A stretch of 64,000 nucleotides of DNA. Origin: Eledone cirrhosa (Eukaryota). Position numbers and translations under genes: made by a program. Shown here in pieces: positions 41,187-55,987 of the stretch. The notes beneath the pieces were generated by a model that was not told where the DNA came from, searched no databases, and was given only the letters and a program-made list of their open reading frames with translations. Positions within the stretch are counted from its first letter, which is position 1. Each line of letters starts with the position of its first letter. The DNA lies in NCBI GenBank assembly GCA_964016885.1, contig OZ024740.1:245396001-245460000 (forward strand), in the 5' to 3' direction.

Positions 41187-41996
41187 CTTAGTTTAATTAT
41201 CACATTTGTTTTCTTTCATTGTTGGATCAAGTGTCACTGATTATATTTTCTCTAATTGCACTGGCAGTCGTCTGCGCTTCGCTGGCGATGTTCATCTCCC
41301 CCCCCCCCCTCTCCTTCTCTCACACACACATTAATTAACTAAAGTTCTGAAGTACTGAAATAACGCATTTGTGGATAAATTACCCCCCCATTGTGCGTGT
41401 GTGTGAACAAAGTGTTAGGCCGAAATACCTGATGTGAATGCTCTACATGAAGTGTATACATACAAATAGTCTCGCTGCCGGAGTCAGGCTATGAATATAC
41501 TTCGCTAACAAGATACAATAAAATCGAAAGATGACCGCTGTACACACAGCTACATGTAAGATTATGATGCTACTTTTTTTATAAAGCTTTACTAATCCTA
41601 GTATTTCCTCCTTTCTTAATGCACTGGGTAATTGCTGGCCTTGTGCCTAAAGTAGAAACAAGTATTTCCTCCTTTCTTATAATTCTTATTAGTTTTTGCA
41701 ATATTTCTACTGTTTGAAAAGCCGATTGCGGCGAAACTTAAAAGTAACAGTCGACTCCATTATTAAATAAATAGCAAATGTGGTGATTTTCGGACATGGT
41801 TTGGAGTCACCAGTCACCCACAGCCAAAGTTCCTGCACCCAACATTGAAGTCGTAGTCGTTTTTGACACCGAAGGTCGAACAACAACGTGTCTGCGTGTG
41901 GGGGGAAGGAGTCCAATCCTAATATCTTCTTAACTACACACATATAACAAGAAGTGTAAGTCAACAGGCTAAAATTAACTTCGTTAATTCATAGTC

Positions 41997-42055
41997 GCTG
42001 TTACATATATTTCGGTGGTAACCATTAAATAACAGCTATGACCTCATCAGACAGC
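41997..42055 (-). ncRNA. Type I hammerhead ribozyme motif
   Basis: GCTGT-CTGATGA-GGT...ACC-GAA-ATATATGT-A-ACAGC. Confidence 0.75.
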
Positions 42056-42192
42056 TAGAATTTGAACCGAAAAAAACCCAGAAAAACATAGCGATGGAAT
42101 AAAGCCTACTTCTGTTATTTCGATTTTTTTATATGCTCCGTGCTGAAATTTCGTGTTGTTTTCTCAAGGCACCGGTAGCATATTCAAATTAG

Positions 42193-42268
<76 letters not shown>

Positions 42269-42756
42269 GAATATATGAGAGGGATGAACACCCATACAAG
42301 TATACATGTGTTCCAATTGCAAATGGAATACATGTATACTTGTATCAGTGTTCATCCCTCTCATATATTTAATTATATTACACGGCTCGGAAAGATTCCC
42401 TTCTTTGAGCTATTTAATTGTAAAAGACTATTTTGAGTTTCTAACTCAATCTATGATATATATATATATACACGTGTGTGTTTTATGATATAGGATGACC
42501 TGAATATTATATAATATAAACCTAATTTTAAAATTAACATAATTTCATTAGATAAATGTTTAAATGACAGACAGTATACTGTTTATAAAAGAGGCAGTAA
42601 AATAGAAATAGAGTATACTGTAGACATTGTGTAGACTTTTTATTAAATGACTATTTTGGATATACGTTGAACGGAAATAAAGTCACAGGAAAATAAGTGT
42701 CAGAAAAAGGTTACACAATGCTGACATGTGTAGAAATATAATAAATTGCATGTGGA

Positions 42757-43102
42757 CACAGTGTAGCCAAGTGGTTAAAGAACTCGCTTTGTAATCATTA
42801 GGTCTCGGGTTCCATACCAATACGTGATATCTTGGGCAAGAGTCATTTACCATAGCCACAAGTCGACTCGTGCCTTATGAGTAAAATTGGGTACCCAGAA
42901 AATGTTTGGAAGCTCATCGGATGGACTGTACCTGTAATTCAATGAGCAAGTCTACAATTGTCGAGCTGAATCTTTTAGAATTGTGTTATGAGTACACGTG
43001 TCTGTGGAATGCTCAGCTCCTCTTAAACGTTGATTTCATGTTTAGGCTGTTCCGTTGATCGAACAACTGGAACACTCAGTCGAAACCGACGGAGGTCCAT
43101 TC
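42757..43102 (+). mobile_element. tRNA-derived SINE, family 3
   Basis: TAGCCAAGTGGTT A-box, GGGTTCCATACC, TCTTGGGCAAG, and 3' GAAACCGACGGAG. Confidence 0.75.
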
Positions 43103-44145
43103 TATTCTAATAAATGCATACATGAAAGTAAGTCCCAATTTTGGTGAAGAAGCAAAATCACAACAAAACGTGCCACATTTCTTTTAGATGCTATAAAATG
43201 ATTAAACAGATCTTCTTCTTCTTCACCCCCACCCCCAGCACTAATTTTCATTCCAGCCATGTAGCACTCGGCCTCAAACCTATCATGTGCAAGTCGGAGA
43301 TCACCTTCTGTAAAATCATTAAGTAACAATGTAATGATGTGTGTGGCAGTCACTTTTTATTTAATGTTTTAACTCTTAACATCGTAGCAGAAAATGTTTA
43401 AAAATGGATTTGTTAATTCAAATATTTATAGTATCTTTACTATTGGACAAATTCTTAGGAAACGTTACAGTACTAAAGTAAAAACTTTTGTTTTTAATGT
43501 GATGCAGTCGTAGTGCTGTTTTGTACTTTTCAACAATGTCTTGCTAATGCGATTTCGTGCGGTAGGGGAGTTAAAAGAATGGAGTAAAAAATGTTAAATC
43601 AGTCATTGATATTTTTCCTGTTGGTTCGGGTTTACAACTCTAAACATGTGTGTGTTTGTCCGACGTACAATAAATAAATAAAATTTTAAAAATCAGTTAA
43701 GACTCCTTCAAAACACATCTTATAAAATGAAAAACACTTGGGATGCAATATCTGAAAAAGAAACACGGAATAGTCACGGCTAAGTTTTCGATCTTATGTC
43801 TCCTTGATGAGGATTGTTTTGAGACTAATCAAAAACAACTGTGACATGTATCACTGTTTTGTCTCAACATGTATTGAAGCTGTGTCTTAAATATGGCAAA
43901 CTCAGTTAATTCACCTGATTTTGATTTTCGCTTAAAATCATTTCATGTATACTCGTGAGAAATGTATGAACGTCACAACCTCGTATTCCATGTCATAAAA
44001 ATAGATCTATACTTTGTCGAAAGCAATCAATGATACGTATGTCTTAAATCATATATCGTAGGAGAGGTGACATTTGATTGATTATTTTAGATTTTTTTCC
44101 CCAAAATTCTATCATATCGGCCACATTCGTTTCATGATGTGGATG

Positions 44146-44476
44146 TAGCATGGTCGAATGCTTAAGACGTTCGCTTCGTAGTCATGAAGTTCCAAGTTCG
44201 ATTCCATTGCATTGCACAATGAGCAGGTTGACGAAGTCTCATGAATGAAATTAGGTAGACCGAAAGTGTTTGGAAGCCTGTCGAGTGGATTGTATCTATA
44301 ATTCAAAGATCTAGCTTTGTCAAACATTGTGTCGCGCTAAATCTCCCTGAGAATTACGTTAAGGGTATAAGTGTCTGTGGAATACTCATGCACCTGCATG
44401 TTAATTTAATGAATAGACCGTTTCGTTGACAGAATAATTAGCACGCTAATCGTCGAAACCGACGGAGTTTCATTTA
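44146..44476 (+). mobile_element. tRNA-derived SINE, family 3
   Basis: TGGTCGAATGCTTAAG, AGTTCGATTCC, and 3' GAAACCGACGGAG. Confidence 0.7.
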
Positions 44477-44679
44477 CTTCTAGTTTCAGTGTCATTGTAG
44501 AAAGCACTAAAGAAGCGACTGTGTAAGTAAACTATGGTAGCTCCATTATTACAACACTTAAATGAGTGTAGCTGACATTGAAGATTTGCAGTTCTGTAGT
44601 AAAGTTGTAAAAGTAGGGAAAAAAAGTAAAAATTCAGGAATTATTGTCTAGTCTTTGTTGAGGATTTACTCTTTGGTCT

Positions 44680-45835
44680 CAGCGCTGATCTTTCTACCAA
44701 ATCCATATCGAAGCTTTTACTGCTTCCCTCACCAGTTCTTGAATCACCACTGACCCCCCCCCCCCCCCTGTCCAAGTCAAGTAGTACATAGTGAATCTAG
44801 CTACAAATCCATGACATCTCACCTCTGCTAAAAGCAATCTACACTGCCATCCTCGATCTTTACACTACTCCTTAAATTTTTCATATTATGGGTTCTTTTT
44901 TTTTTTCATGCACCCACTCCATATTGTCTTCCCAGAGCACTGTTAGCTCAACAATTGTTGTTGTTTTTGTGTGTGTGTCAAGTTAGATCATGCCATTAGA
45001 TTAAGGCGTTGTTTTGTTGCAATACGGTTCGAGAATACGAACGCTTTTTTTCAAGTCAACTTGTGCTTTCCCATCATTAGCACTTTACAGAAGTCTTGGT
45101 ACCAACTTTCCTTGTGAACGACAACAGGATGCAGCGTTGCGTTGGTTTTTCTTGCATTAGCAATGTTGCATTGTTTTTGTAATGCAATAGCCAGGACACT
45201 CAGAACTTGGTTATGTCGCCAAGAATACTCTACAATGGATGACATATATGCTGTCAGAATATGTTCCAATTATGCATAACTTCCGCACCGATGACAATAA
45301 GCAGTGTAATTCCATCCCAACCGTCTAATATTGGGAGTAAGAGCACGTCCTACAGTGCTCTCAGGATGACTTGCAACCTGACTGGCTCCATTTTCTATAA
45401 CTTGTTCTACAATAGTTGCCTTTGACTTCCTAGTTCTACTGACTTCGTTGCATGCTGCTTCTCTTCAGTATGGCAAATTTCTTCTGTTACCATTTCTCGC
45501 ATGTCTTTGTTATTTTGGCAGAATATCCCTTTGTTCTATATTCGACTCAAACAGAGAACCTTTGCACACTGAACAGCTTTACTCACGCTCCAATTTCCTC
45601 TTGTCAACACTCTAAGCTAAGCTGCAGGGACAATGGGATCCTTCAAATCTCGTAGCATCATATAAAAGTGCACTTTTGCCCGTTAAAACTTCTGCACCAG
45701 AGATGTTAAAGGCAGTTGGAGTTTTGCAATAGTGCTATCCAGTCCAATTTTGGTGGGAGACCAAGCCATTCTCCAGGAAACCTGCTTATACATTTTTCAA
45801 TTCTATCCACTCTTGTCAAAGGTATTTCGTTCATT
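44680..45835 (-). mobile_element. Highly degenerate REL-type (Hero/NeSL-like) non-LTR remnant
   Basis: Minus-strand HILT...YSWRHNQVL, preceded by C..C, and a downstream AEVRCHGFVA resembling EVG.RGF. Confidence 0.55.
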
Positions 45836-46864
45836 TGGAGCTATCATAATGCGTGTGTGTTTGAAAGTGAGAGAGAGAGATGGATGGATGTTATTTGCGA
45901 TAACTAAAAACAAACCACTGAGTTACCCCAGCATGTTCATAACCAGAACCGAATTAGTGTTTGCCCCCAGACTAACCATTAATAGAGATTGCCTACGTAT
46001 TATAAGTTAGTTCTATCCAGAAAGTTGTGGCTTATGAAGTTTTTTTAAAACCATGGTAAATCCGTCTTTTTTTTTTCTATGTGTAGTATCTTATTTTAAC
46101 TGTTAACATCTTGTACCTCATTAAACCACATTAGCAAGACATTCTTGAAAAGTACAAAACATCATTATGAGTGCATCACATTAAAGGTTGAAGAATTTAA
46201 GCTAATAATTACTATTTTTCACAATGATCTGTCCACCAGTAGTAAAGATAATATAAATATTTGAATTAACAAACCCATTTGAGATATTTTCTGCTAAATT
46301 ATTACAGGATGTTCGAAGTTAAGGACATTTCACTGCTATTACTAGCAGGTTGGGTGACCACGCGTAGAGTTTCCCCGTTGGCGCTCCAAGTACCCAAGTA
46401 AAGCTAATAGAGGCTAACGGGACAGACAGGAGATATTTTATTAACAACGAGCTAGTTAGATTGGAATAGCTTCAGTTCGTTTGTAACACCCTGTAAGTGT
46501 TAGCTTATGTCAGTGGATATATAATACTTTATATACCTTGAACTTGTCTTAAGTACTGTTGTGTCATTGGATATAAAATATTTTATATACTCACTCTGTA
46601 GTTGCTACGTTACCTTACTAGATAATATAATACTATATACATACTTTACACCACATTTACGATTGCAGGAATGTGAACTATGATAGTGTATAGTGTACCT
46701 TACATTATCTAGAATATTAGTTCAACTAAACATTCTGGCTCTTGGCTGACAGTGTGTGTGTGTGAAACATGTTATGTTCTGTTTATATATAATATTGTGT
46801 GTGTTCGAATTATACATCAGAAGTTAGAGTTTTATTTAGCATAATTTCTATTATCATTATGAAT

Positions 46865-46906
<42 letters not shown>

Positions 46907-46940
<34 letters not shown>

Positions 46941-47120
46941 ATATATGTATATATATATATGTATATATATATATATGTATTGTCGTACTGCCTCTCTGTT
47001 GTGTCCCTGTTCAATTTTTCATTATATATATATGTATATATATATATATGTATATATGTATATATATATATGTATATATATATGTATATATATATATATA
47101 TGTATATGTATATATATATG

Positions 47121-47207
<87 letters not shown>

Positions 47208-47208
47208 G

Positions 47209-47239
<31 letters not shown>

Positions 47240-47434
47240 GTATGTATATATATGTATATATGTATATGTATATATATATATGTATATATGTATATGTATA
47301 TATGTATATGTATATATATATATGTATATATGTATATATATATATATATGTATATATGTATATGTATATATATGTATATATATGTATATATATATATATG
47401 TATATATATATATGTATATATATGTATATATATG

Positions 47435-47483
<49 letters not shown>

Positions 47484-47544
47484 GTATATATATATATATA
47501 TGTATATATATATGTATATATATATATATATGTATATATATATG

Positions 47545-47575
<31 letters not shown>

Positions 47576-47594
47576 GTATATATATATGTATATA

Positions 47595-47647
<53 letters not shown>

Positions 47648-47736
47648 GTATATATATATGTATATATATATGTATATATATATGTATATATATATGTATA
47701 TATATATGTATATATATATGTATATATATCTATATG

Positions 47737-47769
<33 letters not shown>

Positions 47770-48534
47770 GTATATATATATATGTATGTATATATATGTA
47801 TATGTATATATATATATATGTATATATATGTATATATATATGTATGTATATATATGTATATATATATGTATGTATATATATGTATATATATGTATATATA
47901 TATATATGTATATGTATATATATGTATATATATATATATATATGTATATGTATATATATGTATATATGTATATATATGTACATATATATATATATGTATA
48001 TATATGTATATGTATATATATGTATATATATATGTATATGTATATATATATGTATATGTATATATATGTATATGTATATATATATGTATATGTATATAAA
48101 TGTATATATATATGTATATGTATATATATATGTATATGTATATATATATGTATATATATATGTATATGTATGTATATATATATGTATATGTATATATATG
48201 TATATGTATATGTATATGTATATATATGTATATGTATATGTATATATATGTATATGCATATGTATATATATATATGTATATGTATATATGTATATATATA
48301 TGTATATATATGTATATGTATATATGTATATATATATATGTATATGTATATATGTATATATATATGTATATGTATATGTATATTTATATATATATATATA
48401 TGTATATATATATGTATGTATATATGTATGTATATATATATGTATATATATATGTATGTATATATATATGTATATATATATGTATATATATATATGTATA
48501 TATATATGTATATATATATATGTATATATATATG

Positions 48535-48597
<63 letters not shown>

Positions 48598-48598
48598 G

Positions 48599-48630
<32 letters not shown>

Positions 48631-48660
48631 CGTATATATATATGTATATATATATATACG

Positions 48661-48709
<49 letters not shown>

Positions 48710-48764
48710 GTATATATATATGTATGTATGTATATATATATATATATGTATATATATATAAATG

Positions 48765-48795
<31 letters not shown>

Positions 48796-48806
48796 GTATA
48801 TATATG

Positions 48807-48869
<63 letters not shown>

Positions 48870-48874
48870 GTATA

Positions 48875-48920
<46 letters not shown>
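46907..48920. repeat. (TA)n/(TATG)n satellite, about 2 kb
   Basis: Seen directly. Confidence 0.97.
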
Positions 48921-48921
<1 letters not shown>

Positions 48922-49231
48922 CTTTGAATAACTTTGAAATGTTTTGGCCAGTATTGGCCCAGGCCATGTCTAACTTAATAGCACCACCTGGCGAAGTCTT
49001 TCAATTCAGGATTTGGGCACCATGGCCCATTCGAGAAGAGAATTACTGTTTGCGGAGACATATCCGGGTGTGGGTGGTTTGTCCGGGATTACTTGGAGGA
49101 ATTTGTCCAAAGACTTCTTGAATTTTGTGTGGTCAGTTTCTGTTTTGACGTGTCCTGGTGTGATGTTGAAGAGAGCAGGGCCGATTGAGGTGAAATAATT
49201 GTGCCGTATTGTTGTTATGAGTTGCGATTTA

Positions 49232-51337
<2,106 letters not shown>

Positions 51338-51515
51338 ACGTCGAAACGGCTTGAGCTCAGCCGTCGGGTCCTACTTGTTCCTATTACCGACTCTACTACC
51401 CTAAGTATTGAGTACTTTGGTGCGTTATGGTCCACCTGGTTCCTTACCACATTTCCTCCATTATATATATATATATATGTATGTATATATATATATGTAT
51501 ATATATACATATATA

Positions 51516-51585
<70 letters not shown>

Positions 51586-51746
51586 CATATATATATATAT
51601 ACATATATATATATACATGTAGGAGGTGAGTTTTATTGTAGTACAATAAAGCAATGCCGATATCGGATAAGAAGCACTCTACAGTTTGTAGGACTGGAGT
51701 ATACATAATATATAAGAACAAAAGATGGTTAAAAGAGTTCCATGTA

Positions 51747-51808
51747 TTTTATTATGCGCATTTCAAAAACAAATATCATCATGCAATATGTGTTTTCATC
51801 AGATAAAA
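51747..51808 (-). ncRNA. Minimal type I hammerhead ribozyme
   Basis: TTTTAT-CTGATGA-AAACACATAT...ATATTTGTTTTT-GAA-ATGCGCAT (palindrome)-A-ATAAAA. Confidence 0.82.
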
Positions 51809-52080
51809 CAGGAAGACATGATATGAAGGTTAAAAATCACTTGTGGATAGTTCAGTTTTAAATCAACATATAAGAAGTAGTTTTAGATTGATGTGTGATA
51901 TTGGGAAAAAATTTTTTTGATTTAGAGGGGAGGGGGATCATCCTTTCCCCCACCCCCTCCCCTCTAAATAAAAAATTTGTTTTCCCAATATCACACATCA
52001 ATCTAAAACTATTTCTCATATGTTGCTTTAAAACTGAACTATCCTCAAGTGTTTTTTAGCCTTCATATCATGTCTTCCTG

Positions 52081-52147
52081 TTTTATCTGATGAAAACACA
52101 AATATTATTCCATGATGATATTTGTTTTTGAAATGCACATAATAAAA
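52081..52147 (+). ncRNA. Minimal type I hammerhead ribozyme (mirror copy)
   Basis: TTTTAT-CTGATGA-AAACACAAATAT...ATATTTGTTTTT-GAA-ATGCACAT-A-ATAAAA. Confidence 0.78.
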
Positions 52148-52186
52148 TACATGGAACTCTTTTAACCATCTTTTGTTCTTATATAT

Positions 52187-52230
<44 letters not shown>

Positions 52231-52237
52231 TATATAC

Positions 52238-52268
<31 letters not shown>

Positions 52269-52300
52269 CATATATATACATATATATATATACGTATATA

Positions 52301-52334
<34 letters not shown>

Positions 52335-52526
52335 CATGTATATATATATATAGATATAGATAGGTAAATATACACGGGTGTGTATGATTGTGTATAGAAG
52401 ATTATATTAATAAGAGGAATTCCAACTTTGTCTGATTTACTCATTTTATTTACAATCCTTTAAAATATATATAATATGGTATTATAATGAAATAGTATGA
52501 TAGAATATTAAATTCTAAGTGTTAAT

Positions 52527-52565
52527 TGAACAAGTACTTTCATGCTTTCGCAATCTTCAGGTTCA
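52527..52565 (-). ncRNA. Minimal type I hammerhead ribozyme
   Basis: TGAAC-CTGAAGA-T TGC GAAA GCA T-GAA-AGTACT (palindrome)-T-GTTCA. Confidence 0.78.
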
Positions 52566-52638
52566 TGATATGTGGTGACAGTCGAGTTTGCAATTTTCAA
52601 CTGTGGAAAATTGCAAACTCGACTGTCACCACATATCA

Positions 52639-52677
52639 TGAACCTGAAGATTGCGAAAGCATGAAAGTACTTGTTCA
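52639..52677 (+). ncRNA. Minimal type I hammerhead ribozyme (mirror copy)
   Basis: Identical to the motif at 52527-52565. Confidence 0.78.
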
Positions 52678-52793
52678 ATTAACACTTAGAATTTAATATT
52701 CTATCATACTATTACATTATAATACCATATTATATATATTTTAAAGGATTGTAAATAAAATGAGTAAATCAGACAAAGTTGGAATTCCTCTTA

Positions 52794-52799
<6 letters not shown>

Positions 52800-52848
<49 letters not shown>

Positions 52849-52867
52849 GTGTGTATATATATATATA

Positions 52868-52898
<31 letters not shown>

Positions 52899-53019
52899 GT
52901 GTATATATATATATATATATATGTGTATATATATATATGTGTATATATATATATATATATATGTGTATATATATACATATGTGTATATATATATATATAT
53001 ATATGTGTATATATATATA

Positions 53020-53050
<31 letters not shown>

Positions 53051-53115
53051 GTGTATATATATATATATGTGTATATATATGTGTCTATATATATATATAT
53101 ATGTGTATATATATA

Positions 53116-53167
<52 letters not shown>

Positions 53168-53299
53168 TGTGTATATATATGTATATATATATATATGTAT
53201 ATATATATATGTATATATATACATATATGTATATATATATATATATATATGTGTGTATATATATATGTATATATATATATGTATATGTATATATATACA

Positions 53300-53348
<49 letters not shown>

Positions 53349-53399
53349 ATATATGTGTATATATATGTATATATATATATATATGTATATATATACATA

Positions 53400-53460
<61 letters not shown>
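52800..53460. repeat. (TA)n/(TG) microsatellite
   Basis: Seen directly. Confidence 0.95.
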
Positions 53461-53499
53461 ACCACTATTAGCTGCTTATACCACTATTAGCTGCTTATA

Positions 53500-54368
53500 C
53501 CACTATTAGCTGCTAAAGGGTTCTCACTAAAAATGAAAGGCAGGTTGTACGATGCCTGCATACGAACAGCAATGCTGCATGGCAGTGAGACCTGGGCATT
53601 GTGTGCAGAGGATATACGCAGACTAGAGAGAAACGAAGCTTGCATGCTCCGCTGGATGTGTAACAGTAATATACGTGAACGGCAAAGCATAAACGAACTA
53701 AGGAAAAAATTAGAGATAAGAGGGATCAGATGTTGTTTACTCGAGAGAAGGCTACGTTGGTATGGACACGTGATGCGCATGAAAGTCGATAGCTGTATAA
53801 CAAAGTGCAGGGCAATAAAGATAGACGGTAGTCACGGAATAGGCAGACCTAGAAAAACCTGGGACGAGCTGATAAACTCCGACATCACACACTTACACCT
53901 CTCCAAGACAATGTCACTGGACCGAGACCTTTGGCGGTACTCAGTAACAGAGAAGACCCGCCTTACCTAAATATATAGTAAAACCTACTCCAGCCAGTAG
54001 GCATCTCTAACAAAATACACCCCGTCCCACCACCACCACCCCCACCCGATCCACACCACCCCGGTCTATGTAAAGTTATGTTGGTGCCGCGCCATCGAGG
54101 CCGAAACAAATGAGATCGTGTAGGTGTCACGACAAAAAAACACACAGTCCACGCTGTAATGTGGCCGTGTAGGCAACACGGTAAAAACCTCCCAGACCCA
54201 CACTGTAAATGTGGTTGGTGTTAGGAAGGGCATCCAACTGTAGAAAACCTGCCAGACAGTCCTATGCGAGCAAGACAATCACTCTTGCCTCAAGTGGGAC
54301 TACCCCCGTCCAAACCCATGCAAGCATGGAACACGGACGTTAAACGTTGATGATGATGATGATGATGA
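53500..54368 (+). mobile_element. RTE-clade LINE 3' end
   Basis: ORF 53533-53970, 3' UTR and (GAT)n tail. Confidence 0.9.
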
Positions 54369-54374
54369 TATATA

Positions 54375-55985
54375 TACTTAGCTTTTGTCGACTTGGAGAA
54401 AGCCTTCGACAGAGTCCCCCGTTCCATTATCTGGTGGGCTCTTAGAAAACTAGGTGTTGACGAATGGCTTGTGAGAGCTATACAAGCCATGTATAAAGAA
54501 ACAGTCAGCAAGGTTAGAATTAACAACGAATATAGCGAAGAGTTTAGCGTAAAAGTTGGCGTCCATCAGGGCTCTGTTCTCAGCCCCCTACTATTTATTA
54601 TTGCCCTTCAGACTATAACAGAGGAGTTCAAGACCGGCTGCCCATGGGAACTCCTATACGCAGACGACCTGACACTCATAGCTGAATCAATGGCCGAGCT
54701 AGAGAAGAAATTCCAAACATGGAAGCACGGCCTAGAATCAAAAGGACTTAAAATTAACCTGGCTAAGACTAAAGTTCTAGTTTGTAGGAAAGAAAATAAG
54801 GCGGCGGTCCCTTCTGGGAAATGGCCATGCTCAGTGTGTAGGAAAGGCGTAGGTAGAAACTCCATTTTATGTCCCAAATGCAAAGTATGGGTGCATAAAA
54901 GATGTAGTGGGATCACAGGTAAGCTAACTAAGAACATAGATTTTACATGTGGCCGGTGCTCTGGTGCAATAAGTAGCAGCAAGTGCCCACAAAATACTAG
55001 CTCTTACAACTGCGCAGAGGGCTCTATAGAAATAGTGGACAGCTTCCGTCACCTGGGTGACAAAATCAGCAGTGGGGGAGGGTGCTCTGAAAGTACAGTA
55101 GCTAGAGTCAGAACTGGATGGAAAAAGTTCAGAGAGCTTATAGCACTATTAGCTGCTAAAGGGTTCTCCCTAAAAATGAAAGGCAGGTTGTATGATGCCT
55201 GCATACGAACAGCAATGTTGCATGGCAGTGAGACCTGGGCATTGTGTGCAGAGGATATACGCAGACTAGAGAGGAACGAAGCTTGCATGGATGTGTAACA
55301 GTAATATACGTGAACGGCAAAGCATAAACGAACTAAGGAAAAAATTAGAAATAAGAGGGATCAGATGTTGTTTACTCGAGAGAAGGCTACGTTGGTATGG
55401 ACACGTGATGCGCATGAAAGTCAATAGCTGTATAACAAAGTGCAGGGCAATAAAGATAGACGGTAGCCACGGAATAGGCAGACCTAGAAAAACCTGGGAC
55501 GAGCTGATAAACTCCGACCTCACACACTTACACCTCTCCAAGACAATGTCACTGGACCGAGACCTTTGGCGGTACTCAGTAACAGAGAAGACCCGCCTTA
55601 CCTAAATACATAGTAAAACCTACTACAGCCAGTAGGCATCTATAACAAAATACACCCCGTCTCACCACCCCCACCCCATCCACACCACCCCCTTCTATGT
55701 AAATTTATGTTGGTGCCACGCCATCCAGGCCGAAACAAATGAGATCGTGTAGGTGTCATGACAAAAAAACACACAGTCCACGCTGTAATGTGGCCGTGTA
55801 GGCAACACGGTAAAAACCTCCCAGACCCACACTGTAAATGTGGTTGGTGTTAGGAAGGGCATCCAACTGTAGAAAACCTGCCAGACAGTCCTATGCGAGC
55901 AAGACAATCACTCTTGCCTCAAGTGGGAATACCCCCGTCCAAACCCATGCATGGAACACGGACGTTAAACGTTGATGATGATGAT
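54375..55985 (+). mobile_element. RTE-clade LINE, RT + PHD-like finger + 3' end
   Basis: [34 protein letters not shown], a C4HC3 motif and a (GAT)n tail, with one frameshift near 55290. Confidence 0.92.
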
Positions 55986-55987
55986 AT

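Larger units (their letters stand above)
51618..52190. mobile_element. Fold-back Penelope pLTR-like element with two divergent HHRs and a single-copy tail
   Basis: Arms about 51706-51930 and 51965-52190, tail 51618-51705, flanked by (TA)n. Confidence 0.8.
52352..52800. mobile_element. Near-perfect fold-back pLTR-like element (about 195-bp arms) with two HHRs
   Basis: 52405-52600 is the reverse complement of 52606-52800. Tail 52352-52404. Sits in (TA)n. Confidence 0.82.

Noticed and set aside
52028-53509. Two ORFs both starting [14 protein letters not shown]
   Set aside because: A consequence of the 52405-52800 palindrome reading outward into microsatellite.
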